Shown piece after piece: positions 11,652 through 21,574 of a DNA stretch of 64,000 nucleotides (its first letter is position 1; the number at the start of each line of letters is the position of its first letter). Under the pieces are notes generated by a model. That model saw nothing but the letters and a program-made list of their open reading frames with translations, did no database searches and was not told where the DNA came from. The stretch lies in the UHGV virus genome UHGV-0171999. One strand, 5' to 3'. Position numbers and translations under genes: made by a program. This DNA comes from a virus.

Positions 11652-11837
11652 ATGAAACGTTGTGAATTAATTCGAAATGTTGCTATTGCAATTTCTGCTT
11701 CTGCTTTTAGTTTTTCAATGTTTGTTGGATTTATATGCGGATTATTAACTACAGCAGAAAACGTTTTTTCACTTGTAGTAGCATTTTTAATTGGTTTAAT
11801 TGCTATCGTTATGGATAAAATTTCTAAAGGTGAATAG
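11652..11837 (+). CDS. small hydrophobic membrane protein
   Basis: 61-aa ORF with one long hydrophobic stretch; downstream of an early promoter. Confidence 0.45.
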   Translation: MKRCELIRNVAIAISASAFSFSMFVGFICGLLTTAENVFSLVVAFLIGLIAIVMDKISKGE

Positions 11838-11838
11838 A

Positions 11839-12219
11839 ATGTACAAAGTGTATGCGGATTATCAGGCTAATCCATCTGAAAAGCCAGGTTGTCAAATTGG
11901 ATGGGCTCATGATACTTTGCTTGAAGCAGTAGATGCTGCTCAAAAATTGGGATATAAATATGTAGAGATTGTTCAACCGTCAGGAAAAGTTATTACTCTT
12001 GAAGAGTTCAATAACATTAAACCAAACTTTTTACTTTTTGCAGGTGATAATTATTATCCTCGTGGTGGATATGCTGATTTAATAGCGAAAGCCGCTACCG
12101 AAGATGAACTCCGTGACATTATCAAAGAAAATGAAAACAAACCAGATTATGGTTCTAATCGCTTTGATTGGTGGCAAATTGTAAATGCCAATACGCACAC
12201 TATTGTTGATGAAGGTTGA
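11839..12219 (+). CDS. hypothetical protein
   Basis: ORF 11800-12219 with probable start at Met 11839 (MYKVYADYQ). Confidence 0.5.
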   Translation: MYKVYADYQANPSEKPGCQIGWAHDTLLEAVDAAQKLGYKYVEIVQPSGKVITLEEFNNIKPNFLLFAGDNYYPRGGYADLIAKAATEDELRDIIKENENKPDYGSNRFDWWQIVNANTHTIVDEG

Positions 12220-12509
12220 TAATGATTCTTTATGCGAAAGTATCGTCCGTTGAAAATGGATATAAATATGATCAAGAAGCAGCTAAAGCCTTGATTGATG
12301 ATTATGGCATTTTAACATATTTTGAAGTTGAAAAGGTTTACATTGACCGTTCATCTTCTCAAGTTAAATTAGTGAAGGAAGACCGTAAATTTAACACAGT
12401 AAATTTTGATTTCTTTATTGAAACAGAAAAAGGTCCTCTTGAATATGATATTTTCAAGAATCCTTTGGGTCTTGAATGCATCGTAAATATGTATTATCAT
12501 AAATGGTAA
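12216..12509 (+). CDS. hypothetical protein
   Basis: 97-aa ORF; ATGA overlap with upstream gene. Confidence 0.5.
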   Translation: MIMILYAKVSSVENGYKYDQEAAKALIDDYGILTYFEVEKVYIDRSSSQVKLVKEDRKFNTVNFDFFIETEKGPLEYDIFKNPLGLECIVNMYYHKW

Positions 12510-12606
12510 ATATGCTTTAAGAATTATTTGTTATTATTAACTCATATCGCACTGATTAATACCCTCTATCATCAAGGGTTCTTGCTTGAGAGCCTTTGTT
12601 AATAAT

Positions 12607-12679
12607 TGGGAATTAGCCAAGTTGGTAAGGCACTGGATTTTGATTCCAGGATGCAAAGGTTCGAGTCCTTTATTCCCAG
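12607..12679 (+). tRNA. tRNA-Gln (anticodon UUG)
   Basis: Cloverleaf by eye: acceptor tgggaat/attccca, anticodon loop ttTTGat, T-loop TTCGAGT. Confidence 0.8.
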
Positions 12680-12680
12680 C

Positions 12681-12767
12681 GCGAGAATGGTCAAATTGGT
12701 AAAGGCACAGCACTTAAAATGCTGCGGAATGATTTCCTTGTGGGTTCGAGTCCCACTTCTCGCACCA
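12681..12767 (+). tRNA. tRNA-Leu (anticodon UAA), long variable arm, CCA encoded
   Basis: Acceptor gcgagaa/ttctcgc, anticodon loop ctTAAaa, T-loop TTCGAGT, ends ACCA. Confidence 0.8.
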
Positions 12768-12772
12768 AATTT

Positions 12773-12846
<74 letters not shown>

Positions 12847-12856
12847 ATTTAATTTA

Positions 12857-12931
12857 CTCCGTGTAGCTCAATGGCAGAGCGATCGCCTGTTAAGCGATTG
12901 GTTATAGGTTCGAATCCTATCACGTCCGCCA
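12857..12931 (+). tRNA. tRNA-like element, anticodon GUU (Asn), three mismatches at the acceptor-stem end; possible pseudo-tRNA
   Basis: D-arm GCTC/GAGC, anticodon stem atcgc/gcgat with loop ctGTTaa, T-arm atagg-TTCGAAT-cctat, 3' GCCA; 5' ctccgtg pairs with 3' cacgtcc at only 4 of 7 positions. Confidence 0.4.
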
Positions 12932-12935
12932 AATC

Positions 12936-13011
12936 CGAGGCATAGCTCAGAAGGAAGAGCAAGGACCTTCTAAGTCCTAGGTCGTAGGTTCGATCCCTAC
13001 TGCCTCGACCA
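12936..13011 (+). tRNA. tRNA-Arg (anticodon UCU), CCA encoded
   Basis: Acceptor cgaggca/tgcctcg, anticodon loop ctTCTaa, T-loop TTCGATC, ends ACCA. Confidence 0.8.
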
Positions 13012-13027
13012 ATTAAGTGAGGAAAAT

Positions 13028-13378
13028 ATGAAAGGTAATGTTTATTTAGTAGTTCATGATTTAACGTTCTATTTTAATCACAATGACACTGTTATTTCTG
13101 AACGTGTAATTAATTTGCTTTATCAGCATGCAGATTATGTTTATGTCGAAAACGAATATGGTCATTGGCAATTTCTCAAAAATCGTTCATTTGGTTTAGA
13201 TGGTTACGAATACTTTGAACGTAAAGACCTTTTAGATAAAATTCCGTTATCTACACAATATCAAAATCATAAGTCTTTATATAAATGCCGTCCAATTCGA
13301 AATGCTGAATCCGCGTATGAAGCAATTGATTTATGGCGTAAACGCCGTGAACAGATTGATTCTTTAAAAGAATATTAA
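13028..13378 (+). CDS. hypothetical protein
   Basis: 116-aa ORF with SD gtgagga upstream, immediately after tRNA-Arg. Confidence 0.5.
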   Translation: MKGNVYLVVHDLTFYFNHNDTVISERVINLLYQHADYVYVENEYGHWQFLKNRSFGLDGYEYFERKDLLDKIPLSTQYQNHKSLYKCRPIRNAESAYEAIDLWRKRREQIDSLKEY

Positions 13379-13379
13379 G

Positions 13380-13718
13380 AAACCGGGTCGCTACCGGTAA
13401 GTCGTCGGACTGATGTTCCCTGCGTAAGGACTGGCATTAACAAATCTTTACGATCTGTTAATGTCCCCTTACATCACAGCAGAAACGGCGCACAGAATTA
13501 TCGATTCGAGGAAATATCTTTGCCGTAAGCCGAGTAGCGTTTTTGACGGAACGTTCGGATATGGTCGAGATATGGCCTTTTAAAAATATTGAGTAGCGTC
13601 AACTGCTTAATAACCGGGTTCGAATCCCGGCGTTTCGTACAAACACTTGCCTTAGCAGGTGGAACCCCGACAAGGTTGCCGCAAGGCTTAGCCCCGACCA
13701 AAAGGTTGGGGCTTTTTG
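13380..13718 (+). ncRNA. putative stable small RNA region (species 1/2, rnaC/rnaD-like), ends in an intrinsic terminator
   Basis: About 340 nt with no credible ORF; contains tRNA T-arm-like ccgggTTCGAATcccgg near 13613-13629 and terminator hairpin plus T-run near 13690-13718; T4 has stable RNAs next to its tRNA cluster. Confidence 0.35.
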
Positions 13719-13850
13719 GTATCTAGGCCTTTCTGGACCTCTCTAGGCATCATTTAGTTTCTACCCTTTATAATATATTATCCTATCCTTTAATTGCCCC
13801 TTTCATCCCTAGAATTCCCTAAAACTTTTTAAAAAATTTTTCACAAAACT

Positions 13851-13880
13851 GTTTACACCCCTGTTCTTCCATGGTACTAT
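13851..13880 (+). promoter_or_regulatory. early promoter
   Basis: GTTTACA, 17 bp, TGgTACTAT; AT-rich upstream. Confidence 0.6.
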
Positions 13881-13923
13881 ACAACTATCAACTACTGATA
13901 CAGAAAACAACTTGGAGAATGAA

Positions 13924-14187
13924 ATGGATAATTACGGCGAACTGTTCAACTTCTTTATGAAATGCGTTTCAGAAGATTTCGGTCGTACAGTGAATGATAT
14001 TAAAGTTATCGGTCCTGACCATCCGATGTTTGAAACTTACGCAGTAATGGGTAATGAAGATGGTCAGTGGTATACTGTAAAGGTTGTGATTAACATGTTC
14101 ACTGCTGAAGGTTATGTTAAACTGTCTTCTAAAGTTTACCATGATAACGACGAAATCGCAGAAGAATATTTCAATAATATGAAATAA
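13924..14187 (+). CDS. hypothetical protein
   Basis: ORF 13912-14187; probable start at Met 13924 after SD ggaga. Confidence 0.5.
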   Translation: MDNYGELFNFFMKCVSEDFGRTVNDIKVIGPDHPMFETYAVMGNEDGQWYTVKVVINMFTAEGYVKLSSKVYHDNDEIAEEYFNNMK

Positions 14188-14217
14188 GTTTACATAGGCT
14201 CATGATTGAGATATTAT
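14188..14217 (+). promoter_or_regulatory. early promoter
   Basis: GTTTACA, 17 bp, TATTAT. Confidence 0.5.
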
Positions 14218-14291
14218 GAGCCTATAACTTGATGATAGAGTATAATACTACTTTTACGGATTTTAAATCTTAATCAACCTAAGGAAATACT

Positions 14292-14885
14292 ATGAACACA
14301 CTGAAGAAAATTGTTGAGTTTATTCGCACTAAACTTGGTTCTGCTATGGCTAAAAATTTATCTGTTGAAGAACAGTATACTGCTGCAGCAGCAAAACTAC
14401 TTGATAAAATTAAAGACCTAAAAACTGCTTCTGTTAAATCTATTAATGAAGAAAAACGTATTCGTGAACTTATTGTCGAAAAGAATCGACAGGCCGAATC
14501 AAAAGAGCGTGAAATTCGCAAGCTTCTTTCCGAAGGTCAAGATGTAACAATGCATGCTAAACTCGGCTTGCTATATCGTCGAACAGCTGAGCAGTTGACT
14601 ACTAAAGCTGATGGTTATGCTGAAATGCGAATTGAAATCGCCAAGAAAGTAGTTGAATTGGATGATGCTCGCCAAGAACTTGCAGTTAAATTGGAATATA
14701 TCCGTGAAACTCGTGCAGCAAATGCCCTTGGAATTAGTACTGCTGATGATGTAGTTGAAATTGCAGCGCTGACTAAGGTTGATATTGAAGATACTCTTGC
14801 TCGAGTTGAAACCTTTAATGGCAATATTTCTGGGGTTGAAACTACCTCTGCCGATGTTCAGGAATATATTAATTCTTTGAAATAA
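14292..14885 (+). CDS. hypothetical coiled-coil protein
   Basis: 197-aa ORF, charged helical composition; SD aaggaaa upstream. Confidence 0.5.
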   Translation: MNTLKKIVEFIRTKLGSAMAKNLSVEEQYTAAAAKLLDKIKDLKTASVKSINEEKRIRELIVEKNRQAESKEREIRKLLSEGQDVTMHAKLGLLYRRTAEQLTTKADGYAEMRIEIAKKVVELDDARQELAVKLEYIRETRAANALGISTADDVVEIAALTKVDIEDTLARVETFNGNISGVETTSADVQEYINSLK

Positions 14886-14889
14886 TGAT

Positions 14890-14910
14890 AAGGGGCTTCG
14901 GCCCCTATTA
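14890..14910 (+). terminator. UUCG-tetraloop hairpin (terminator or RNA-stability element)
   Basis: aggggc-ttcg-gcccct directly after the stop codon. Confidence 0.5.
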
Positions 14911-14926
14911 CTTGGAGTAAATAGGA

Positions 14927-15532
14927 ATGAAAATGCAAAGTGATTTTAATTCAATGTTTGAAGAGTTCCAAAGACAGGTTGATGTTCCAGACCAATTACT
15001 AAATGCTCTTAAACGCATGGCAGAAGGACGTAATTACTATTGGGGTTCTTCATATGAAACTGATGAAAGTCTTTCTGGAAGATTTTCTAGAGGTAAAAAG
15101 TCTTTAATACGTCCTGGAATACTTATTAACAGTATTGAATCAATTCATTTATTAACATGCGATTTTGATGTTGAATTTACTGATTTCATTTCTCCTGAAT
15201 GGACGGTCTGTTATTTAAATGACGATTATGATTATCTTGGCGTTTATAGTTTAAGTGACGCATGGTTTAAACGTAATTTACAAAAGTCAAATTTATTTTA
15301 TATTGATACTACAGTAAAATTTCAGGGAAAGAAATATTTCTTTACTCTTATAGTTGACTCTGAAACAAAATATGAAAATAAGCGTATTCTTAGTAAAAAG
15401 AATATCTTGACTATTGTTGATGATCTTTTTGATAAATTCGTAGAAAATCCTAATTTTGAAAGCGATTTATTAGAAAAATTTGTTAAGGAATGCAGAGAAT
15501 ATGTCAAAGCCATCACTATACCTTCCAAGTAA
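14927..15532 (+). CDS. hypothetical protein
   Basis: 201-aa ORF. Confidence 0.5.
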   Translation: MKMQSDFNSMFEEFQRQVDVPDQLLNALKRMAEGRNYYWGSSYETDESLSGRFSRGKKSLIRPGILINSIESIHLLTCDFDVEFTDFISPEWTVCYLNDDYDYLGVYSLSDAWFKRNLQKSNLFYIDTTVKFQGKKYFFTLIVDSETKYENKRILSKKNILTIVDDLFDKFVENPNFESDLLEKFVKECREYVKAITIPSK

Positions 15533-15893
15533 ACCTTTGAAGTATGAATTAAAGCGCCAGATAATTTCTACCGATGTATTAATGGGTCCTGTGGTAGCTG
15601 TATCATTTGTGATTCTGCTGATTGCTGGAATGGTTATAGACGTTATGACTGATATTGAATCTGGTGTAATATTTGGAGCAACGCTAATTCTTCCATTAAT
15701 AATTCCGCTTTTATTAGTACCTGTAAATTTGGTAGGATACTGGTATCAAGGAAGACATTATCGTAAACGCGTACGTGATTGGAAAGCACAGTGTAAAAAG
15801 ATTAAAAAGGAACACCAGCTTAAACTAGATATGTATGAATTTAATGAAATTATGAAATTTGTTAAGGAATCACGATGCAAAAGCCAAAACTAA
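15501..15893 (+). CDS. small membrane protein
   Basis: ORF 15480-15893, probable start at Met 15501; two hydrophobic segments. Confidence 0.45.
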   Translation: MSKPSLYLPSKPLKYELKRQIISTDVLMGPVVAVSFVILLIAGMVIDVMTDIESGVIFGATLILPLIIPLLLVPVNLVGYWYQGRHYRKRVRDWKAQCKKIKKEHQLKLDMYEFNEIMKFVKESRCKSQN

Positions 15894-16237
15894 ATAAAGT
15901 CAAATATTCGTTTCCTGAGGCACTATTAATTCTTGCTGTGTCAGTATTTGCAGCTCTTGCAGGTAGTTTTATTGGATTAATGATTGACTGTATTATTTTA
16001 AACATCGATGGTTCAGCGATTATAACAGAGGTTTGGAGTGAACTTCGTTTTACTATAGCGATTACATTATTTTCATTCTTTGGCACCATGTTATATTTTC
16101 ATTATGATAATTTTAAAATAAATTGGCAAAGAAAAAAGGATTACAAAATACAATTAAAAGAATATAATAGCTATATGTCTTATATTGAAAATGAATCAAT
16201 GAAAGAGTTTGTGAGTGATTGTAGGAAAATCGGATGA
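15875..16237 (+). CDS. small membrane protein
   Basis: 120-aa ORF with two or three hydrophobic segments. Confidence 0.5.
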   Translation: MQKPKLNKVKYSFPEALLILAVSVFAALAGSFIGLMIDCIILNIDGSAIITEVWSELRFTIAITLFSFFGTMLYFHYDNFKINWQRKKDYKIQLKEYNSYMSYIENESMKEFVSDCRKIG

Positions 16238-16722
16238 TTTTAAAAACTCGCTGGTATGATTTAGATGATGGGGATGATGGCATTCCAGTTGATAGAGTTG
16301 ACTGGAATGGCTGTTCCGAAGATATGAAAAATTTGTTGATTAGGGAGTTTAGAATGGGATATCAACCAGTTAAGCCATCTACTATAACAGATGATAAATT
16401 CGTGTGTATTCAAAATGGCCGCGCTAAGTTAACGAATGCTGATTGGTTTACAAATAAGATTATGATTCTGTGGTATATCATTAGTCTTCCTGTGACATCA
16501 TTTGTATTTTGCTTCTTTGGAGAAAGTCCAGTAGGCAGAATGGGAGATTGGATTCTTTTAATCATACTTGTTAATATTTTGACAGCAGCAATACTATCAG
16601 GAATATGGTGTGTGTTCATCGAAATGCCATGGCGGTTACGTAAGCAGCAAAAGATTTTTGATGAAAAGAAATATACTCAAAATTTAAATAACTTTATCAC
16701 TGAATGCAGGAAATTAAAATGA
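16234..16722 (+). CDS. membrane protein
   Basis: 162-aa ORF; hydrophobic central segments; ATGA overlap. Confidence 0.5.
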   Translation: MILKTRWYDLDDGDDGIPVDRVDWNGCSEDMKNLLIREFRMGYQPVKPSTITDDKFVCIQNGRAKLTNADWFTNKIMILWYIISLPVTSFVFCFFGESPVGRMGDWILLIILVNILTAAILSGIWCVFIEMPWRLRKQQKIFDEKKYTQNLNNFITECRKLK

Positions 16723-17159
16723 AAACACTATCAGCTGGTATTATCTTTATGACAGAAGATAAAGATTTATTTATGGGACGAGTTACTGGTTCTCGTAAAC
16801 ATGGAATGATGGCACATCGCTGGGATATTCCAAAGGGCCGCGTAGAAAATTCTGATTTAAACGCGCTAGATGCAGCACGAAGAGAATGCTTAGAAGAGAC
16901 CGGTTTTAGCAATTATAATCCAGACCTTCTAGAAGACCTAGGTGTATTTAAATATTCTAGTAATAAAGACTTACAGTTATTTTATTATACGATTCCAGTA
17001 GAGCATGAGATGTTTAGAAATTGCCATTGCGAGTCTTATTTTGAAAATAAAGATGGAGTTATGATTCCAGAGATGGATGCTTTTGCTCTTATTCCTCGTA
17101 CTCAGTGGCAATATGTGATGGGTCCTTCACTTTACCGAATAATGAACAGCCTCTTTTAA
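16719..17159 (+). CDS. nudE: Nudix hydrolase (e.1 position)
   Basis: Nudix box RVENSDLNALDAARRECLEETGF; immediately upstream of lysozyme e as in T4. Confidence 0.7.
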   Translation: MKTLSAGIIFMTEDKDLFMGRVTGSRKHGMMAHRWDIPKGRVENSDLNALDAARRECLEETGFSNYNPDLLEDLGVFKYSSNKDLQLFYYTIPVEHEMFRNCHCESYFENKDGVMIPEMDAFALIPRTQWQYVMGPSLYRIMNSLF

Positions 17160-17962
<803 letters not shown>

Positions 17963-17963
17963 T

Positions 17964-17993
17964 GTTTACTTCCTCCAAGGACTTTGATACTAT
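17964..17993 (+). promoter_or_regulatory. early promoter upstream of denV
   Basis: GTTTACT, 17 bp, TGaTACTAT. Confidence 0.55.
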
Positions 17994-18020
17994 ACATTCA
18001 TCAACTACTTGGAGGAAATT

Positions 18021-18434
18021 ATGACTCGTATCAATTTAACACTTGTTTCTGAATTGACCGACCAACATCTTATGGCTGAGTATCGTGAATTACCACGCGT
18101 ATTTGGTGTAGTTCGTAAACATGTTCAAAACGGTAAACGTGTAAAGGATTTTAAAATCTCTCCAACATTTATCTTAGGCACAGGTCACGTAACATTCTTT
18201 TACGACAAACTCGAATTTTTACGTTTACGTCAAATCGAGCTAATCACTGAATGCTTGAAACGTGGTTTCAAAATCAAGGACACGACTGTCCAGGATATTT
18301 CCGACATCCCTGCCGAATTTCGTAATAATTATGTCCCGTCCGAAGCGTCCATTGCGATAAGTCAAGCACGCTTAGATGAAAAAATTGCTCAACGTCCTAC
18401 TTGGTACAAATACTATGGTAAATCAATCTACTAA
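18021..18434 (+). CDS. denV: endonuclease V, pyrimidine-dimer DNA glycosylase
   Basis: [12 protein letters not shown]...PTWYKYYGK; strong match to recalled T4 endo V; 138 aa from Met 18021. Confidence 0.9.
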   Translation: MTRINLTLVSELTDQHLMAEYRELPRVFGVVRKHVQNGKRVKDFKISPTFILGTGHVTFFYDKLEFLRLRQIELITECLKRGFKIKDTTVQDISDIPAEFRNNYVPSEASIAISQARLDEKIAQRPTWYKYYGKSIY

Positions 18435-18440
18435 GGAAAA

Positions 18441-18701
18441 ATGAAAATGTATCAAGAATTTATCATTGAAGCAGATGCCAAAGGTCCTAAATTTAAAGTT
18501 AAAGCTTTCATTGGTGATGCGGAAGACTTTGGCTCATTAAAACGTAATGGGTATTTTTTCTTAGGTGGCGATGGTAAAGAAATCAACACCTATGCAAAAC
18601 GTAGTGAAATTGCTTATGTTGTAGCAAGCCCTAAAGTAGATGTTGACGATATTGGATATGATTTTAACAACTTCGGAATTATTTCTGGCGGTAAAGCTTA
18701 A
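18441..18701 (+). CDS. internal protein (IPII-like) with capsid targeting sequence
   Basis: N-terminus MKMYQEFIIEA; 86 aa. Confidence 0.55.
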   Translation: MKMYQEFIIEADAKGPKFKVKAFIGDAEDFGSLKRNGYFFLGGDGKEINTYAKRSEIAYVVASPKVDVDDIGYDFNNFGIISGGKA

Positions 18702-18704
18702 ATT

Positions 18705-18734
18705 GTTTACGCTTAAGTATTAATATGGTATAAT
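18705..18734 (+). promoter_or_regulatory. early promoter
   Basis: GTTTACG, 17 bp, TGgTATAAT. Confidence 0.6.
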
Positions 18735-18764
18735 TACTCTATCAAAACAAACAAGGAAACAAAA

Positions 18765-19343
18765 ATGAAAACGTATAAAGAATTTATCGCCGAGGCCTTT
18801 GCAGGAAAAGCTCAAGGTATTAATAAGGACGAGTGGACTTATCGTGGTGGAAACGGCTTTGACCCTAAAACTGCTCCACTTGAACGATATCTAGCCACAA
18901 AAGCTTCTGATTTTAAAGCCTTCGCTTGGGAAGGACTTCGCTGGCGTAACGATCTAAATATTGAAGTTGACGGACTTAAATTTGCTCATATTGAAGATGT
19001 TGTTGCTAGTAACTTAGACGCAGCTTTTGTTAAAGCCGACAGTGACCTTCGTCGCTGGAATTTAAAACTGTTCTCTAAACAAAAAGGCCCGAAGTTTGTG
19101 CCTAAAGCAGGTAAATGGGTTATTGATAATAAATTAGCTAAGGCTGTCAACTACGCCGGTCTTGAATTTGCCAAGCATAAATCATCATGGAAAGGTCTTG
19201 ATGCAATGGCTTTCCGTAAAGAATTTGCCGATGTTATGGCTAAAGGCGGCTTTAAGGCAGAAATAGATACCTCTAAAGGTACGTTTAAAGACGCTAATGT
19301 TCAGTACGCTTACGCCGTTGCTAATGCGGCCCGTGGTAATTAA
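18765..19343 (+). CDS. internal protein (IPIII-like) with capsid targeting sequence
   Basis: N-terminus MKTYKEFIAEA; 192 aa, lysine/alanine rich. Confidence 0.6.
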   Translation: MKTYKEFIAEAFAGKAQGINKDEWTYRGGNGFDPKTAPLERYLATKASDFKAFAWEGLRWRNDLNIEVDGLKFAHIEDVVASNLDAAFVKADSDLRRWNLKLFSKQKGPKFVPKAGKWVIDNKLAKAVNYAGLEFAKHKSSWKGLDAMAFRKEFADVMAKGGFKAEIDTSKGTFKDANVQYAYAVANAARGN

Positions 19344-19345
19344 TA

Positions 19346-19366
19346 AGGCCTATACTTAGGCCTATT
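19346..19366 (+). terminator. hairpin terminator after the IP gene
   Basis: aggccta-tact-taggcct followed by attt. Confidence 0.45.
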
Positions 19367-19520
19367 TACATTCAAATAACATGGGAACAAGCTGGACTTC
19401 ATGATTCTGTGAGGGATTCCCGCCAACCTATAATAAGGTCGAGCCCAAGTGCGGTAATGGGTAAATACAGAAATGGACAATTCATGCGCCATGGAATGGC
19501 CCAAATTTAGAGAGAATAAA

Positions 19521-20060
19521 ATGAGAACATTTTTAACTGGTCCTTATCTATCCCTGATGAATGCTTTTACACACCATTCTGATGCTAGAGTAGAAGAAAT
19601 TTGTAAAAACGATTATATCCCACCATTTGAAGACTTACTTAAGCAGTATTGCACACTTCGACTAGATGGTGGACGTCAATCTGGTAAATCAACTGCAGTA
19701 ACTAATTTTGCCGCTAATTGGTTGTATGACGGTGGAACAGTTATTGTTCTTTCTAATACTTCAGCTTACGCTAAAATTTCTGCGGGCCACATTAAAAAAG
19801 AATTTTCTCGTTATTCTAGCGATGATATTCGATTCCGTTTATTTACTGATTCTGTCCGTAGTTTTGTTGGTAATAGAGGTAGCAAGTTCAGAGGTTTATC
19901 GCTTTCTCGAATTTTGTATATAATCGATGAGCCTGTTAAAGCTCCTGATATGGATAAAATTTACGATATTCATATTGAAACTGTGCAACACTGTTGCAAT
20001 AGTAAATGCTGCATTGGTGGTATTACTCGTCCACAGTTTTTCGTAATTGGGATGCAATGA
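19521..20060 (+). CDS. hypothetical P-loop protein
   Basis: Walker A-like GGRQSGKST; ORF 19473-20060 with alternative Met at 19521. Confidence 0.45.
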   Translation: MRTFLTGPYLSLMNAFTHHSDARVEEICKNDYIPPFEDLLKQYCTLRLDGGRQSGKSTAVTNFAANWLYDGGTVIVLSNTSAYAKISAGHIKKEFSRYSSDDIRFRLFTDSVRSFVGNRGSKFRGLSLSRILYIIDEPVKAPDMDKIYDIHIETVQHCCNSKCCIGGITRPQFFVIGMQ

Positions 20061-20386
20061 TGACAGATACGCAACTTTTCGAATATCTTTATTTTTCGCC
20101 AAAAACTATTAAAAATAAATTGGTGAATCATTTTGAAATTTTGGCAAATAACAACGTCTTGAGCGAATTTTATCCTAAGCAATACAAATTACAAAAAGGT
20201 GTATTCAAAGGATGCAGAGTGTTGTGCACCGCTCCTAATGCAAAGTTAATGAATAAAATTCCATATTTTACCATGGAATTTATTGATGGGCCTTTTAAAG
20301 GACTAATTACCCAAAGTTTAATGGCATATGATTCTGAGCCATTTTTAATTAAAGAACAATCTTGGATAAATTTATTTTCTAATTGA
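20057..20386 (+). CDS. hypothetical protein
   Basis: ORF 20006-20386, start at Met-Met 20057; ATGA overlap. Confidence 0.4.
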   Translation: MMTDTQLFEYLYFSPKTIKNKLVNHFEILANNNVLSEFYPKQYKLQKGVFKGCRVLCTAPNAKLMNKIPYFTMEFIDGPFKGLITQSLMAYDSEPFLIKEQSWINLFSN

Positions 20387-20394
20387 GAGGTTAT

Positions 20395-20757
20395 ATGAAA
20401 GCATATCAAATTCTTGAAGGCACGCATAAAGGTACTATTTATTTTGAAGACGGTATTCAAGCACGAATTATTGTATCTAAAACCTTTAAAGAGGACTCTT
20501 TTGTAGACCCAGAAATTTTCTACGGTTTGCATGCCCGTGAAATTGAAATTGAAACACAACCTACAGTTAAAATTGAGGGTGGTCAACACCTGAACGTTAA
20601 CGTTCTGCGTCGCGAAACTCTGGAAGATGCAGTTAAGCATCCGGAAAAATATCCGCAGCTGACCATCCGTGTATCCGGTTATGCAGTTCGCTTTAACTCT
20701 CTGACTCCGGAACAGCAGCGCGACGTTATTGCTCGTACCTTTACCGAGAGTTTGTAA
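20395..20757 (+). CDS. autonomous glycyl radical cofactor (GrcA/YfiD-like)
   Basis: C-terminal [59 protein letters not shown] with glycyl-radical motif RVSGY, as recalled for E. coli GrcA. Confidence 0.8.
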   Translation: MKAYQILEGTHKGTIYFEDGIQARIIVSKTFKEDSFVDPEIFYGLHAREIEIETQPTVKIEGGQHLNVNVLRRETLEDAVKHPEKYPQLTIRVSGYAVRFNSLTPEQQRDVIARTFTESL

Positions 20758-20978
20758 TGGCAAAGATAATTATTGAAGGTTCTGAAGATGTGTTAAATGC
20801 TTTCGCCGAATGGTTTAGTAATTCAGGCGAACAACAATTTAACGAAGCGTGGAACATGGGTGATATTAATGGAATTTATCCTACGACAGAAATTTCTGTT
20901 CAAGGATATGGCATTCATGAGCCTATTCGTTTAGTTGAATATGATTTGGGAACAGGTGAGGAAGTAAAATATGATTGA
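20757..20978 (+). CDS. hypothetical protein
   Basis: 73-aa ORF, overlap-coupled. Confidence 0.4.
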   Translation: MAKIIIEGSEDVLNAFAEWFSNSGEQQFNEAWNMGDINGIYPTTEISVQGYGIHEPIRLVEYDLGTGEEVKYD

Positions 20979-21237
20979 AGATATTAAAGGCTATAAGCCA
21001 CATACTGACGATAAAATCAGTAAAGTGAATGCAATCAAAGACGCTGAAGTTCGTTTAGGACTTATCTTTGATGCTTTATATGATGAATTCTGGGAAGCGC
21101 TAGATAATTGTGAAGACTGTGAATTTGCGAAGAATTATGCTGAAAGTCTTGATCAGTTAACTATTGCTAAAACGAAACTCAAAGAAGCTAGTATGTGGGC
21201 TTGTCGCGCAGTGTTCCAACCAGAGGAAAAATATTAA
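20971..21237 (+). CDS. hypothetical protein
   Basis: 88-aa ORF. Confidence 0.4.
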   Translation: MIEDIKGYKPHTDDKISKVNAIKDAEVRLGLIFDALYDEFWEALDNCEDCEFAKNYAESLDQLTIAKTKLKEASMWACRAVFQPEEKY

Positions 21238-21515
21238 TGGCTCAATTAAGCGCAGGGTTTGGTTATGAGTATTATACCGCCCCTCGTCGTGTATCTGTTG
21301 CTCCTAAGAAAATTCAAAGTCTTGATGACTTCCAGGAAGTAGTCCGTAAAGCTTTCCAGGACTATGCACGTTATCTTAAAGAAGATTCACAGGACTGTCT
21401 CGAAGAAGATGAAATTGCTTACTATGAGCAACGTCTTGAACAGCTCAAAAACCTACATGAGGTTCGTGCAGAAGTTACAAAGTCTATGAATAAATTGATT
21501 AGATTTAAAGAATAA
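21237..21515 (+). CDS. hypothetical protein
   Basis: ORF 21195-21515 with start at Met 21237 (taATGg overlap). Confidence 0.4.
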   Translation: MAQLSAGFGYEYYTAPRRVSVAPKKIQSLDDFQEVVRKAFQDYARYLKEDSQDCLEEDEIAYYEQRLEQLKNLHEVRAEVTKSMNKLIRFKE

Positions 21516-21517
21516 CT

Positions 21518-21547
21518 GTTTACTTTTCCTCTTGACTGTGGTATAAT
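21518..21547 (+). promoter_or_regulatory. early promoter upstream of regB
   Basis: GTTTACT, 17 bp, TGgTATAAT. Confidence 0.6.
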
Positions 21548-21574
21548 TTTTCTATCAGTTAAGAGGAGAATAAC

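Noticed and set aside
13498-13701. 67-aa minus-strand ORF
   Set aside because: Antisense within the putative stable-RNA region; no SD, basic low-complexity translation.
20170-20763. 197-aa minus-strand ORF
   Set aside because: Antisense to the GrcA-like gene and its plus-strand neighbours, whose identities are well supported; Cys-rich and Phe-rich translation typical of the antisense of an AT-rich gene.
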